Source of the DNA: Candidatus Poribacteria bacterium
GTDB taxonomy: Bacteria; Poribacteria; WGA-4E; WGA-3G
Reading direction: 5' to 3'
Length of the DNA: 64,000 nt
NCBI GenBank assembly: GCA_965205025.1
Contig: CBDBFU010000009.1
Coordinates: forward strand, 128,001 to 192,000
The notes beneath the pieces are model-generated. The model searched no databases. It saw only the letters and a program-made list of their open reading frames with translations, and was not told the origin of the DNA. The stretch's first letter is position 1; every line of letters begins with the position of its first letter. Below are positions 51,826 to 62,700 of the stretch, in pieces. The translations under genes were made by a program, and so were the position numbers.

Positions 51826-52005
51826 TTACTCTTCTTTATTTTCTCGTTCAAAGTGTTCGGCAATTTTAGATAAACTCTCACTAACCTTTTGTTCGAGTTC
51901 CATAATCATCTTAAGCCGTCCATCGATGCGGTATAATGTACACATGATATTGATGAGAAGTCCGATGATACCGCCAATAAGTATACCAAATGCAACTTCT
52001 ACCAT
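51826..52005 (-). CDS. 59-aa single-TM plus coiled-coil protein (below ORF-track cutoff)
   Basis: MVEVAFGILIGGIIGLLINIMCTLYRIDGRLKMIMELEQKVSESLSKIAEHFERENKEE*; AAGGA upstream. Confidence 0.55.
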   Translation of the reverse strand: MVEVAFGILIGGIIGLLINIMCTLYRIDGRLKMIMELEQKVSESLSKIAEHFERENKEE

Positions 52006-52114
52006 GTTCTCAGTTCCTTGTGTTTGTAGTCCTTATTTATTGCTTTATGATATTTTGCTTATGTGGTTGGGGATTGTGGTATACATGCAGCTGCCTGTGG
52101 CGAAGTGTTATTTT

Positions 52115-53974
52115 TTACTTCATTAACCACATTTTTCGCATGGTCTGTGTATTCCCTGCTTCAAACTGATAGAAATAGATCCCGCTGGCAACACCTTCTC
52201 CATCCTTATTTTTTCCATCCCAATATAGGGTTTTATCACCTGGTGTCTGTTTACCGAGATTAAATTGCCTGATTAATTTTCCTGAAGGTGAAAAGATTGA
52301 GATGTTTACACCTATTGATTCTGTTAATTTGTATGGAATCCATGTTTCTGGGTTGAATGGGTTTGGATAATTTTGAAAAACCTCTGCGGTTTTTACTTTT
52401 CCCCAAGTAACAGGTTGTTTTCCTTTCGGTTCAACAGCAACCATTAGTTGTTGTGCTTCACCTTCTGTAAAAATAATAACCGAAATATTACTGGGACTCC
52501 ACGTCCTACCATACGTATCTACGATACCAGACGGCCATTTCACAGTTATAGAATCTATTCTATTCGCTTTTGCCAGACCAAATTCCATTTCTAAACTATC
52601 ACTACCTAAGAAACCTGTACCACAAACTAATTCTTGGGTTTGAATGTGTTCGGCTATTTTTAGTTCTACACGCGCACCTATTCCATCACGGTTGCTTTCA
52701 GTGCCACGGAGTCTTACTTTTATACGGTTATTGCTTGGATTCACATTGTTCTTGAGTAAAGTGTTCCCTGTATTATTAACAATATAAAAATCCACATCCC
52801 CGTCGTTATCAAAATCCCCTGCAGTGGCACCGCGTGCTACAGCATCAACCCCGAGATTATAGACTTCTGCCTTATCAACAAACTGCCCCTGATGATTCTC
52901 ATATAGACGATTCATGTTTGTTTTTTGGGACTTATCCACATCTCCGTTGACCACATACAAATCACTGTCCCCATCCAAGTCAATATCAACAAAACTGGCA
53001 TACCAACCGACACCTTCATTGGCAACACCGACTTCTTCAGCGACGTTTGAGAATGTGCCATCACCATTGTTTCGCCAAAGTAGATCCTCATCGTAATTTG
53101 TAACAAATAGATCAAGGTCTTTATCGTTATCATAGTCCCCAACACAAAGTCCCATCGCACCTGTAGGTTTTCCTCTAATCTGTGTTACAATACCAGATTC
53201 ATTCGATACATCCTCGAATGTCCCATTACCTTTGTTTCGATAGAGTTTATCGGGACCGTGATCATTTGCTACAAATAAATCAGCCCATGTATCATTATCA
53301 TAATCAAAGAAGATTGCTCCCCAAGCAATACCTTCATCTGCAACACCAGCAGCTTTTGCCACCTCTTCAAATGTACCATCCCCAAGGTTTCTGTATAAAC
53401 GGTTGATTCTTGGTGCGGGGTCAAAGACTAAGAGTGATGCTGGACGTCCCCAGTTTGCTACATAAATATCTAACCATCCATCGTGGTCATAATCAGCGAC
53501 AGCAATACTTGTCCCATGAAGATCATCAGCAACTCCCGCTTGTTCACTGACATCAGTAAATGTACAATCTCCATTGTTTGCAAAAAGAAAGTTTGGACCA
53601 TCACAGGTCACGTACAAATCCCGCCAACCGTCATTGTCATAGTCAAACCAAACGCATCCTCTTGCTTTAGGCGTGTTTGCAATACCTGCACTTTCAGCGA
53701 TCTCTTGAAAAGTGTCATCCCCGTTATTATGATATAGAGCATTAGGGAGACCTCCATCACCAATAACAAAGATATCCATCCAACAGGTATCGTTATCAAA
53801 ATCTACAGCGGCAGTTCCGGGACCTAACCAAGCCCCGGAATCTGGGTCAACTGCTGAATCACGTTGCGTAACACCTGCTACATTACTAACATCAACAAAC
53901 GGTGCTGCAAATAGTGGTGATACGACTATAAGACTGATTAGAATAATCAAACTGTGTCGCATAGATAATACCAT
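52115..53974 (-). CDS. CRTAC1/ASPIC-UnbV FG-GAP repeat protein with C-terminal FlgD-Ig-like domain
   Basis: DYDNDG repeats, SNRDGIGARV, FGL, VEPKGKQPVTWGKVK, QNYPNPFNPETWIPY...WDG.N..GE.VASGIYFY. Confidence 0.92.
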   Translation of the reverse strand: MVLSMRHSLIILISLIVVSPLFAAPFVDVSNVAGVTQRDSAVDPDSGAWLGPGTAAVDFDNDTCWMDIFVIGDGGLPNALYHNNGDDTFQEIAESAGIANTPKARGCVWFDYDNDGWRDLYVTCDGPNFLFANNGDCTFTDVSEQAGVADDLHGTSIAVADYDHDGWLDIYVANWGRPASLLVFDPAPRINRLYRNLGDGTFEEVAKAAGVADEGIAWGAIFFDYDNDTWADLFVANDHGPDKLYRNKGNGTFEDVSNESGIVTQIRGKPTGAMGLCVGDYDNDKDLDLFVTNYDEDLLWRNNGDGTFSNVAEEVGVANEGVGWYASFVDIDLDGDSDLYVVNGDVDKSQKTNMNRLYENHQGQFVDKAEVYNLGVDAVARGATAGDFDNDGDVDFYIVNNTGNTLLKNNVNPSNNRIKVRLRGTESNRDGIGARVELKIAEHIQTQELVCGTGFLGSDSLEMEFGLAKANRIDSITVKWPSGIVDTYGRTWSPSNISVIIFTEGEAQQLMVAVEPKGKQPVTWGKVKTAEVFQNYPNPFNPETWIPYKLTESIGVNISIFSPSGKLIRQFNLGKQTPGDKTLYWDGKNKDGEGVASGIYFYQFEAGNTQTMRKMWLMK

Positions 53975-53976
53975 CC

Positions 53977-54776
53977 TTAAAATTGTCTCTTGACGTCTCC
54001 CCAGGTAGTAGTTGCTTTTCCACCCGGTTCAACAGGGAACGGGTTCAAATTATCTCTGAAATATTCGTACTCAACTTCCAGCTTACCAGGCACCTGCAGC
54101 AACCCCAGCATATATACCAAGCCATAAAGGTGGTGTGAGTTTAAAATTCTGTTACACCGATTTCCTTCCAATCGGCTTTATCTTCAGTTTTATACCATGC
54201 GGTATACTGATCCTTGTCTTTCTTTAGTCTCAGAAATAATTCAGTATCACCAAATTCTGGTACAAATCCTGCATTACCTGTCAAGCCACCACCACCTTCA
54301 TTCTGTTTTGTCTGATATTGGATTTGCCCTTTTGCTCCAGCATCGCGAGACCAGAATTTTATAGTTACCCAATTGTCATCTGTTGGACTTTTTATTAGAA
54401 GACCGTTGACACCTGAACTTGTATCCCATTTTGCAAAAAAATGTGTTTCTACATCAAACATGTCTGTCTCGGTTTCCTGATAGAGAAAATGCGATGCGTC
54501 TCCTGCCCATAGATTTCGATTCGGTTCACTATTAATGTAAAGATAACCTTCACGGGTTTTACCAACATCCCAATTGGGTGGTTCATTCTGCCATTTCCAA
54601 TTACCATTCTGTAATTTCGCACCATCAAATGGATCTCCAAACGAATCAGCAGCTTCAACGTCAATTACGCCGATTGACAATGATGTGAAGATACAGACGA
54701 TTATACATGAAAGAACTAACTTCCAATTATTCAATTGTTGCTTTTGTAAAAAAGTTATTAAAGAAATTGTTTTCAT
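53977..54776 (-). pseudogene. secreted concanavalin-like (DUF1349-type) protein with two apparent +1 insertions
   Basis: Removing one base near 54143 and one near 54088 gives ...EFKLTPPLWLGIYAGVAAGAGKLEVEYEYF...VEPGGKATTTWGDVK. Confidence 0.7.
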
Positions 54777-55194
54777 ATTTACCTCCACTTAAAATTCTAA
54801 ATTCTAATTTGTTGAATGTCAAGAGGAATTGTAATAGAAATACACTATATTCACGACTTGTGCCTGTTGAGTGATAGTTTTTTGTTGTTTTCACGGAATT
54901 GGGTTTTGTACTATAAACATTCCGTCCCTATGGGACTCAGTCTCTTGATTTGAAGTTCCAGAATTAATAGAAAATCTTGCAGACAATAACCTTCCTTCTC
55001 CCCGTAATCCGTGATTCAAAAAAATCCAAACAAACCGAAAAATATACTAATCACACTAAATTGAAGCCTATATTGCGGTTTCTAACCCTACTGGATGTTC
55101 GTACTGAATTCCATTTCTTTAACTATCTTTTAATCAACCGGTGAAGTCCAAGGATTCTGAGATACGCTCTATAGTCATGCGAATGTAGTATGTA

Positions 55195-56862
55195 CTAATT
55201 TTCAACAATTTGGATTAACCGATTTGTAGATACATTTTCAAGATGTTGTACATTTCCACCTAACCATTGAATCTCAATTGAGTTCACAGTTTCAGTTGAT
55301 CCAAGACCAAAGTGAAGTGTATAGTCATTACCAGATGCGTAGCTGCCACCTGATGTAATTTCTCTTAAGTATATTGTTTTATTAGTCTTTAAATACACCT
55401 TCGTTCCAATCGCATTTCTGTTACCCGTAGTACCCGTTAATTGAATTTTCAACCATCTATTCTCTGTTTTTGAGTCGTTTCTAAGAAGTACTGGAGTTCC
55501 ACCACAACAGGAAATCAGAATATCTATATCTCCATCGTTATCATAATCCCCACTGGCTGTGCCTCTTGCGACTACAGGACGCTTAAAGAATGTTCCTGCG
55601 GAGCTTGTTATATCTTTATATTGTCCTTTTCCATCGTTAAGAAACAACTGACATGTCTGTTTGTATGATAGGGTGGGTGTGATCTGTGTGACGTTATCCC
55701 ATACATGTCCATTCGCAACCAATAGATCCAAAGTTCCATTATTATCAACATCTAAAAACTGAGTACCGAATCCAAGTCTTGAAAAACTGGGTTCAGCAAG
55801 TCCTGCTTCAAAGGTTGTCATTGTATAGAAACCATCACCATCATTATGAAACAAACTATTAACCTCTAAAGAAAAGTTCGTTACAAATAAATCCAATGCT
55901 CCATCGTTATCATAATCTCCATTTGCAATACCCATACTTGCTGTTGCACGTCCCTCAGAGTTATACGCAATCCCAGCGGCAAGAGCAACATCGGTGAATG
56001 TTCCATCCCTGTTATTGCGATATAAGAAATCCTCGACTGCATCGTTTGCGACAAAGATATCAGGATAACCGTCGTTGTTGTAATCGGTAAATAATACCCC
56101 TAAACCTTTTCCAGAGTTCATCACACCTGAACGTGCAGTTACATCTGTGAATGTGCCATCTCCGTTATTACGGTAGAGAGTGTCTGGGGCTCCAGGATAT
56201 TCATGGGGTCCACAGTAAATATGAACCCCTTCCAACGAACATGGATGTGCCGTCTCAATATTATAATCAAGATAATTTGCCACATATAAATCAAGAAATC
56301 CATCAAGATTATAATCTCCAAAAGATGCACTCACACTCCAGTGAGCGTTTGCTACACCTGCTTTGGCAGTTACATCTGTAAACGTGCCATCGCCGTTATT
56401 TCGATAGAGTTGATTCATACCAAAGTTGGTTAGATAAAGATCCTGGTCTCCATCGTTGTCATAATCTGCGGAGATACAACCCATACCAAATCCAGAATTT
56501 TTATCCATTCCAACCTTTAGGGTGACGTCAGAAAATGTGCCATTTCCATTATTACGATAGAGTCTGTTGATTTCATTTAATTTGATACGGGGTTCGTTGA
56601 TATTGGCACATGAAGTTCCACTATTTACAAGATATATATCAAGAAATCCATCATTGTCATAATCGAAGAATAAACATCCTGAACCCATTGTCTCTGGAAG
56701 TAATCTTTCTTGCGACATACCGTTCAGATGCTTGAAGTCAATACCTGCAGTATTTGTCTGTTCAGTATAAATAAGGTTATTTTGTTGGGCGAGTATAGGG
56801 GGAATGAATAAAAATAAAACAGAGAAATTTAGACTGTGAAGAATATGTAATTTCTTCCACAT
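55195..56862 (-). CDS. CRTAC1/ASPIC-UnbV FG-GAP repeat protein
   Basis: ETMGSG, DYDNDG repeats, LYRNNGDGTFTDVT, NRNAIG, LHFGLG. Confidence 0.93.
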   Translation of the reverse strand: MWKKLHILHSLNFSVLFLFIPPILAQQNNLIYTEQTNTAGIDFKHLNGMSQERLLPETMGSGCLFFDYDNDGFLDIYLVNSGTSCANINEPRIKLNEINRLYRNNGNGTFSDVTLKVGMDKNSGFGMGCISADYDNDGDQDLYLTNFGMNQLYRNNGDGTFTDVTAKAGVANAHWSVSASFGDYNLDGFLDLYVANYLDYNIETAHPCSLEGVHIYCGPHEYPGAPDTLYRNNGDGTFTDVTARSGVMNSGKGLGVLFTDYNNDGYPDIFVANDAVEDFLYRNNRDGTFTDVALAAGIAYNSEGRATASMGIANGDYDNDGALDLFVTNFSLEVNSLFHNDGDGFYTMTTFEAGLAEPSFSRLGFGTQFLDVDNNGTLDLLVANGHVWDNVTQITPTLSYKQTCQLFLNDGKGQYKDITSSAGTFFKRPVVARGTASGDYDNDGDIDILISCCGGTPVLLRNDSKTENRWLKIQLTGTTGNRNAIGTKVYLKTNKTIYLREITSGGSYASGNDYTLHFGLGSTETVNSIEIQWLGGNVQHLENVSTNRLIQIVEN

Positions 56863-56879
56863 ATTTTATAGAATATGAA

Positions 56880-59183
56880 TTATGGGATATCAGATTGTTG
56901 ATTATCAATTAATTTGGTAAGTATGTCTAACTGTTGCCTGACATGGGGGACGATGCTGTTGTCAGGATAGGATGCAAGAAGGATGGTATATGTTTCTGCA
57001 GCATTTGTAAAATCTTTCTTTTCTTCGTAAATACTTGCAATTTGTGAGAGTGCTTCGACTGCTAATGAAGCTTTCTGAGAGACGACTTGTCGATATGAAT
57101 GTAAAGCATCTCCATAGGCTTTTTGAGAGCGATGTATCTTACCGAGTAGCATCCATAGGTCATCAACAATCAAAGCTTTTGGATGAAGTGAAATAGTATC
57201 TTCACATTGTGTAATAGCTGCCTCTATATTTCCAGATAAAAAGAGTTGGAGTGCGTGAGTATAATCCGTCAATGGAAGTGTGAGAAAATCTTTGTTATCT
57301 TGAATCAGAACGATTTTATCCAGAGCATCATTTGTGAGATTATCATACTTTGAGATCTGAATTAGTTTTTGATATTCCTTGATAGCAGTATCATATTCAT
57401 TTCCAAAAAAGTATGAATCAGCAATGAGTTTACGTGCATGTGCATTTGATTTACTGAAATTGTTTGCGATTGGGGTCAATAACTGTCTGGCAAGTATGTA
57501 TTGTTTCTGAAGTATATAACATTCCGCTAAGATTAGTTGTATTTCTATATATCTATCGGATTCTAACTGCTTTTTTAGTAATTGCAGAACAGTCATTTGA
57601 GCAGCCTTAGGATTATATTGTCCGTGTAATTGTATGTAGGATAATAGTAGTTGACTGTCTGTTGTAGATGAGTTATTTTTCTGAAGTTTTAGTAATTGAT
57701 CTGCAGCTTCGTTCCACATCTTTTCTTTCTGATATAGTTTTGCAAGTTTCAATCTGGAGCTTGAAATCTGTCTTATATCCCGAGAATGCTTGATAAGTGT
57801 TTTGTAAAATTCAATTGCATAAGGATTATGATTACGTTCTAAGATTCTTGCAAATCTAACCATAGTTGTATCCATGGATGTAGTATAAGTTGAATACAGT
57901 TTTATGAAAATCTCCAATGCTGCGTCTAATTGTTTTGCATAAAATAGTAGTTCTCCTAAGGTAAGGGCGGAACTAATGTTCTTTGGATTTCTATTATATG
58001 CAGCATGAAGTTTAGAAATTAGTTTATTTTGTAATGGTTTTTGTCTTTCTCCTACATATATATCTACCATAGCACCCCATATTGCTTCACGGTGACTTAT
58101 ACTCATACCGACATTTAGTAAACCATCAATATAGATTTCTGCAGCTTCATCTATTTTTGCTTGGATTTTATAGACTGAAGCCAACTGTGTATAAAGGTAC
58201 CCGTAATTACGATTTGATGCAATTGCTTTCCGATATGAATCAATCGCTTCGTCAAAGAGTTTGTTAGAGAGGAAAATTGAACCCATCTGTTGATCTTTAT
58301 CAATCTGTCCTTCAACAATCTTTTCCCATTCGATAATTGCCTGTTTTTTGTTTCCAAGTTCAAGGTACAGAGTTCCGAGTTTTCGTCGTATAGATGTGCT
58401 GGTAGGATTTTTATCAAGGATACTAATATATAGGTCAAGTGCTTTCTGATGGTGTTCCTGCTGCCGATATATAGATGCCAATTCCTCTATGAGTGTTGTA
58501 TCTGTAGGATTTAGTTCTAAACGTTTTTTAATCAGTTTTTCTGCTTCATCAAAACGTTCATTTTCTGTATATAATCTAACAAGATTACTCACCCCAGATG
58601 ATCGATATATTGAGTCTGGGTATGTATCTAAAAAGAACTTGTACCCTTCCATAGCTTTATCCGGCTTCCCTTCAACATAGAAATAGTATGCTGTTAGGTA
58701 GGCAGCAATTGAACCTGCAGATGTATTTGGATGTTGTTTTAGGATCTGTTGGGATTGAAGGAGTGCTTCGTTGTATTGATATCTTTGACTAAATAGGTAA
58801 ATTAATTGATGTACCGCCTGAGAAGCATAAGATCCATTCGGATTCTCATTGATCATCTTTATGAAAATACTACGTGCGTCTGCATCTTCTCCCAATTTAG
58901 CATGACTCTGACCAAGCATGAGCTGCATTGAATCTCTTTGGCTTTGTGTAATATCTGTTTTAAGTAGTGTTTTATACGCATTTATTGCTTCTCTATAACT
59001 ACGGTCATAGTATAAATCGTTAGCATCTTGTATAGCATTGATAGTCTTAACTCTTGCCGCTTGATCAATGTTGGATTGATTTTGTGCAGATACGATATTA
59101 CATAGACTAATACCTACAAAGATTAGAACGGTTATAGTAAGAACAGAAAGACCACTTCGAGAATTAAAAACCATATATTTCAT
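56880..59183 (-). CDS. exported tetratricopeptide repeat protein
   Basis: Signal/TM segment followed by many TPR-like helical repeats (A...Y...L..YP.S). Confidence 0.88.
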   Translation of the reverse strand: MKYMVFNSRSGLSVLTITVLIFVGISLCNIVSAQNQSNIDQAARVKTINAIQDANDLYYDRSYREAINAYKTLLKTDITQSQRDSMQLMLGQSHAKLGEDADARSIFIKMINENPNGSYASQAVHQLIYLFSQRYQYNEALLQSQQILKQHPNTSAGSIAAYLTAYYFYVEGKPDKAMEGYKFFLDTYPDSIYRSSGVSNLVRLYTENERFDEAEKLIKKRLELNPTDTTLIEELASIYRQQEHHQKALDLYISILDKNPTSTSIRRKLGTLYLELGNKKQAIIEWEKIVEGQIDKDQQMGSIFLSNKLFDEAIDSYRKAIASNRNYGYLYTQLASVYKIQAKIDEAAEIYIDGLLNVGMSISHREAIWGAMVDIYVGERQKPLQNKLISKLHAAYNRNPKNISSALTLGELLFYAKQLDAALEIFIKLYSTYTTSMDTTMVRFARILERNHNPYAIEFYKTLIKHSRDIRQISSSRLKLAKLYQKEKMWNEAADQLLKLQKNNSSTTDSQLLLSYIQLHGQYNPKAAQMTVLQLLKKQLESDRYIEIQLILAECYILQKQYILARQLLTPIANNFSKSNAHARKLIADSYFFGNEYDTAIKEYQKLIQISKYDNLTNDALDKIVLIQDNKDFLTLPLTDYTHALQLFLSGNIEAAITQCEDTISLHPKALIVDDLWMLLGKIHRSQKAYGDALHSYRQVVSQKASLAVEALSQIASIYEEKKDFTNAAETYTILLASYPDNSIVPHVRQQLDILTKLIDNQQSDIP

Positions 59184-59200
59184 ATTTTTGAATCCTTACT

Positions 59201-60376
59201 TTAATTACTACCTATCAATGCAATTCCAGATGTTAATGCCATTCCGTAAATCATACAGTTTTCATCTATGTCAAACTGTGGGTGATGACACATATTTACT
59301 ATCCCTTTCTCTTCATTTCGTGCTCCAACCAGTATAAAACATGCTGGTATTTCTTGTGAATAACATGCAAAATCTTCACCTCCGAGTATAGGTAAGATTG
59401 GGTAATTTACGTTCTCTTCACCTACTATCATCTCGCCAACCTTAACTGCAGTATCTACACACGGTTCGTGGTTGTAGGTCACAGGACACCCTTCTTTGTA
59501 TGTAAAGGAATAGGTAGCATCGTTGGATTTTGTGATTCCGGTTAGTATTTTCTCAATTTGAGTTCTTATTGCCAATTGGACATCTTTGTCAAGAGTACGT
59601 ACAGTTCCACCAATTTCTACATTTGGTGGAATAACATTTTTTGTGTCTCCTCCATGAAACTCTGTAATGCTAACTACAGCAGAATCTAATGGGTTAGTGT
59701 TTCGTGACACAATTGATTGTGTTGCATTCACAAATTGTGTTCCGAGAATAATTGGATCAACGGTAAGATGTGGAAATGCTGCATGTCCTCCTCTACCGGT
59801 AATAGTAATTTCAAATGTATCAGATTGTGCCAGCATAGGTCCATTGCAAGTTGCATATTCACCTACCGGGTATAGTGGAAACACATGTAAACCATATATT
59901 TCATCAACACCATCCAATACACCATCTTCAATCATTGCTTCTGCACCCCCAGGAAATGCTTCTTCGCAGGGTTGAAAGATAAATCTTACGTTGGTCTTAA
60001 GTTCGTATTTGAAATGAGATAATATCCTCGCTGTCCCAATGAGCATTGCCGTATGTGCATCGTGTCCACATAGGTGTGCCTTTCCCTCAATTATTGATTT
60101 AAATGGTACATCTGTCAGTTCCTGTATAGGAAGTGCGTCCATATCTGCCCGTAAACCTATCCGCTTAGTCGCATTAGGTACATCAAGATCACCTATAACC
60201 CCGGTTTTTCCAATACCAGTTTTTACTTTAATACCGAGGTCATTAAGAGCATTGGCAGCGATACCCGCTGTGCGTTCAACATCGAACCTAATTTCAGGAT
60301 GCTGATGGATATCACGACGAATCTTGACAATATCCTTAAAATGAGAACGACACTGATTTAATATTTCTGTTTTCAT
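59201..60376 (-). CDS. M20D family amidohydrolase
   Basis: RRDIHQHPE, LRADMDALP, HLCGHDAH, FQPCEE, GGHAAFPH, GEDF, HHPQF. Confidence 0.94.
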   Translation of the reverse strand: MKTEILNQCRSHFKDIVKIRRDIHQHPEIRFDVERTAGIAANALNDLGIKVKTGIGKTGVIGDLDVPNATKRIGLRADMDALPIQELTDVPFKSIIEGKAHLCGHDAHTAMLIGTARILSHFKYELKTNVRFIFQPCEEAFPGGAEAMIEDGVLDGVDEIYGLHVFPLYPVGEYATCNGPMLAQSDTFEITITGRGGHAAFPHLTVDPIILGTQFVNATQSIVSRNTNPLDSAVVSITEFHGGDTKNVIPPNVEIGGTVRTLDKDVQLAIRTQIEKILTGITKSNDATYSFTYKEGCPVTYNHEPCVDTAVKVGEMIVGEENVNYPILPILGGEDFACYSQEIPACFILVGARNEEKGIVNMCHHPQFDIDENCMIYGMALTSGIALIGSN

Positions 60377-60402
60377 AGTAATCTTTGTGGATATAGTATA
60401 TT

Positions 60403-61990
60403 CTATTGGTAGGTAAGTGTTCTTCTGAGAATACTCTTGTGACCTCGATCATTTTCAAGACGATAAATAACAGTATAAATACCCGGAATAGTTTGAAACT
60501 CTTGACTATCCAGGATTGGTGTGAACTCTATTTCTCCAATATCGTTATCAGTAATTTCTCTGTTCTCAGTAATTGGTCCGTAACATCTTTCTCCTAAAGG
60601 ATTAAGTATTTTCCAAGTTAATTTCATCCGTTTGGGTCGTGGTGGATTATTGACATATACAGTGATTCTATCCCCTAAGGTATAATCATTAATATCCAAT
60701 GTTTCCCAATTTAGATAACATCTTTTCTGTTAGGGTCATTGGAGGAACATATTCAAGATAACCTTTTCCAGGAATTCCCCTCCATTTCCCTCCTGTAGCC
60801 AACGCAATCTGTTTTATTGGGAGGTAATCCAGTCCGATCACTTCAACACGAATCTGTTCCCTTTGAAGAGATTCAATTACTTCATCCAAACTATAGGAAG
60901 ATCTACCATCGTAATCTGCATCGTGAAATGCAGCATCGCTTGCAAGTATAAAGAAACGTTGTGAGTTATTCCGAAATTCAATCTCTTTTATTGCAGTCAT
61001 GAGAGCATCTAAACCTGCTTCTGATATATCACCACCATGGTCAACATTAATTTTAAAAAGCCAGTTTTTGAAGGTCCCAATGTCATTGGTTTGTCCATAT
61101 ATCTTGGTTTTGTCAGTAAATGTAACTAATCCGAATGATACATCATGTCCATTTCTTTGCAAAGTATCAAAAATAAACTCAAAATATGCACGTATGCCGC
61201 GTATATTGTCAACCATACTTGCCGTCTCATCAAGAATAAATACTATATCTATCTTTTCTGTGGTGGTTGCTGCTAACAGATCTTGACCAATTTCTTTCAT
61301 CATTTTAATATAAATTCCACCACTGTTATCGGTCCGTGTAGTAGAACCACCACCCCATGAGTTCCCCATCCCTGTAGCACGTAATGCATCACCGCGTCGA
61401 CTTCCGTAGTGAACTTTTGGTGTTCCGACAGTTAGTGATAGGTCATTTAGGCTATTGTCTGTTTGTAAGGAAATATTCTGTGTCTCTCCTTGTATGATAT
61501 CATTGGTCGACGTTTTCTGGGTTAGATGAGAAAATGGCCTCTGATTTATAGGTCTGACTGTGGAATGGATTTTTGTTTGATTTGGTAGGTTATAATTGTT
61601 GTGTTGAGAATCATTCTCTGAATTTGTTATATCGGAGTCTTGTAAACTTCTTAACTTCTCTTTTCGATGAATTCCAGTGGATGTGATAACCGGATCATTT
61701 AAAACTTGCCAATCTGCATTAAGATTGACAGTAGGTTTAGGAACAGAAGGTGTGTTATCTGAAATATCGTCGTCAGAAGAGGTGAGTTCAGTAGGTGGAA
61801 GGGGACTAACGGGTTCAGGTGGTTTCACAATTGTTGGTCGAGGAATTGTATATATTTCAACGATGAATTGGTCTTCAAATTGATTATCTGTAGAATCCTC
61901 TTGTATGAACTGTACCCATAATACAAGTAAGAAAAAATGGATTAAAATAGAATAAAAATAATAGGGTAACCTAATTCTTTTTTCTTTCAT
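60403..61990 (-). CDS. membrane-anchored VWA domain protein, probably one gene with a frameshift near 60702
   Basis: SILIH TM, Pro-rich linker, DIVFILDETASM (MIDAS-like), SDAAFH; removing one A joins KLGTLDINDY to ORF 60403-60699. Confidence 0.75.
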
Positions 61991-62038
61991 AATCCTACCA
62001 TTAATTTGAAAAAGATGTGAATTTCTGTTTATAACAAC

Positions 62039-62386
62039 TTATGTGTCAGTCGAAAAAATACATACTTCTAACACACGCAAGACATTATCCAGTAACCAAG
62101 CTGGTGATTTTTCAAGGAACTGAACTTGACGGCTATCATAATCCACAGATTTTATCTGTTCTACCATAATATAACCAGTAAGTGATGATTCAGATGGTAT
62201 ATTGACATGGAATGGTAAGTTCCTAAATGTATTTGTAATTGGGCAGACCATTGCTAATCTTGTACTTATGTTGAATTTTGTATTGCTAATAACTAACGCT
62301 GGTCGTCTTCCCCATTGTTCATGTCCTGATTGTGGATTAAAAGAAAGACGGACAAAATCACCCTTGTGGGGTATGTAACTTGACAT
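62039..62386 (-). CDS. mazF: MazF/PemK toxin
   Basis: FNPQSGHEQ.GRRPALVIS...CPIT...EQIKSVD. Confidence 0.93.
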   Translation of the reverse strand: MSSYIPHKGDFVRLSFNPQSGHEQWGRRPALVISNTKFNISTRLAMVCPITNTFRNLPFHVNIPSESSLTGYIMVEQIKSVDYDSRQVQFLEKSPAWLLDNVLRVLEVCIFSTDT

Positions 62387-62635
62387 CTACCATTCCTCAT
62401 TTCCTACAGGTTTACCCCATTCTAATTCTTCTGGCTTATAGTCGTCAGGAATTTGATCAATTAATGATTGAAGTTCAACTCGTTTCTGTGCTTGAGTAGA
62501 TGTTTCTATTATTATTCTACCATTCAGAATAGTAATAATTACATCCTCACCCAAATTTATATGTGCTACTTCCAACATTTTCTTAGTTAGATTGATTCCA
62601 TCATTAGATTCTGACCCTTGAATTTTGATCAACAT
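62387..62635 (-). CDS. mazE: MazE/AbrB antitoxin
   Basis: Directly upstream of mazF; ends EELEWGKPVGNEEW; N-terminus degenerate. Confidence 0.85.
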   Translation of the reverse strand: MLIKIQGSESNDGINLTKKMLEVAHINLGEDVIITILNGRIIIETSTQAQKRVELQSLIDQIPDDYKPEELEWGKPVGNEEW

Positions 62636-62700
62636 TTCTATTTTCCTTATTCGTGTATTAAAATGAGCAGTATTATGTTAAATCAAGAATAAAATGACAT

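Noticed and set aside
51716-52126. 136-aa plus-strand ORF
   Set aside because: Better explained as the antisense of the 59-aa minus-strand ORF at 51826-52005 plus AT-rich intergenic DNA.
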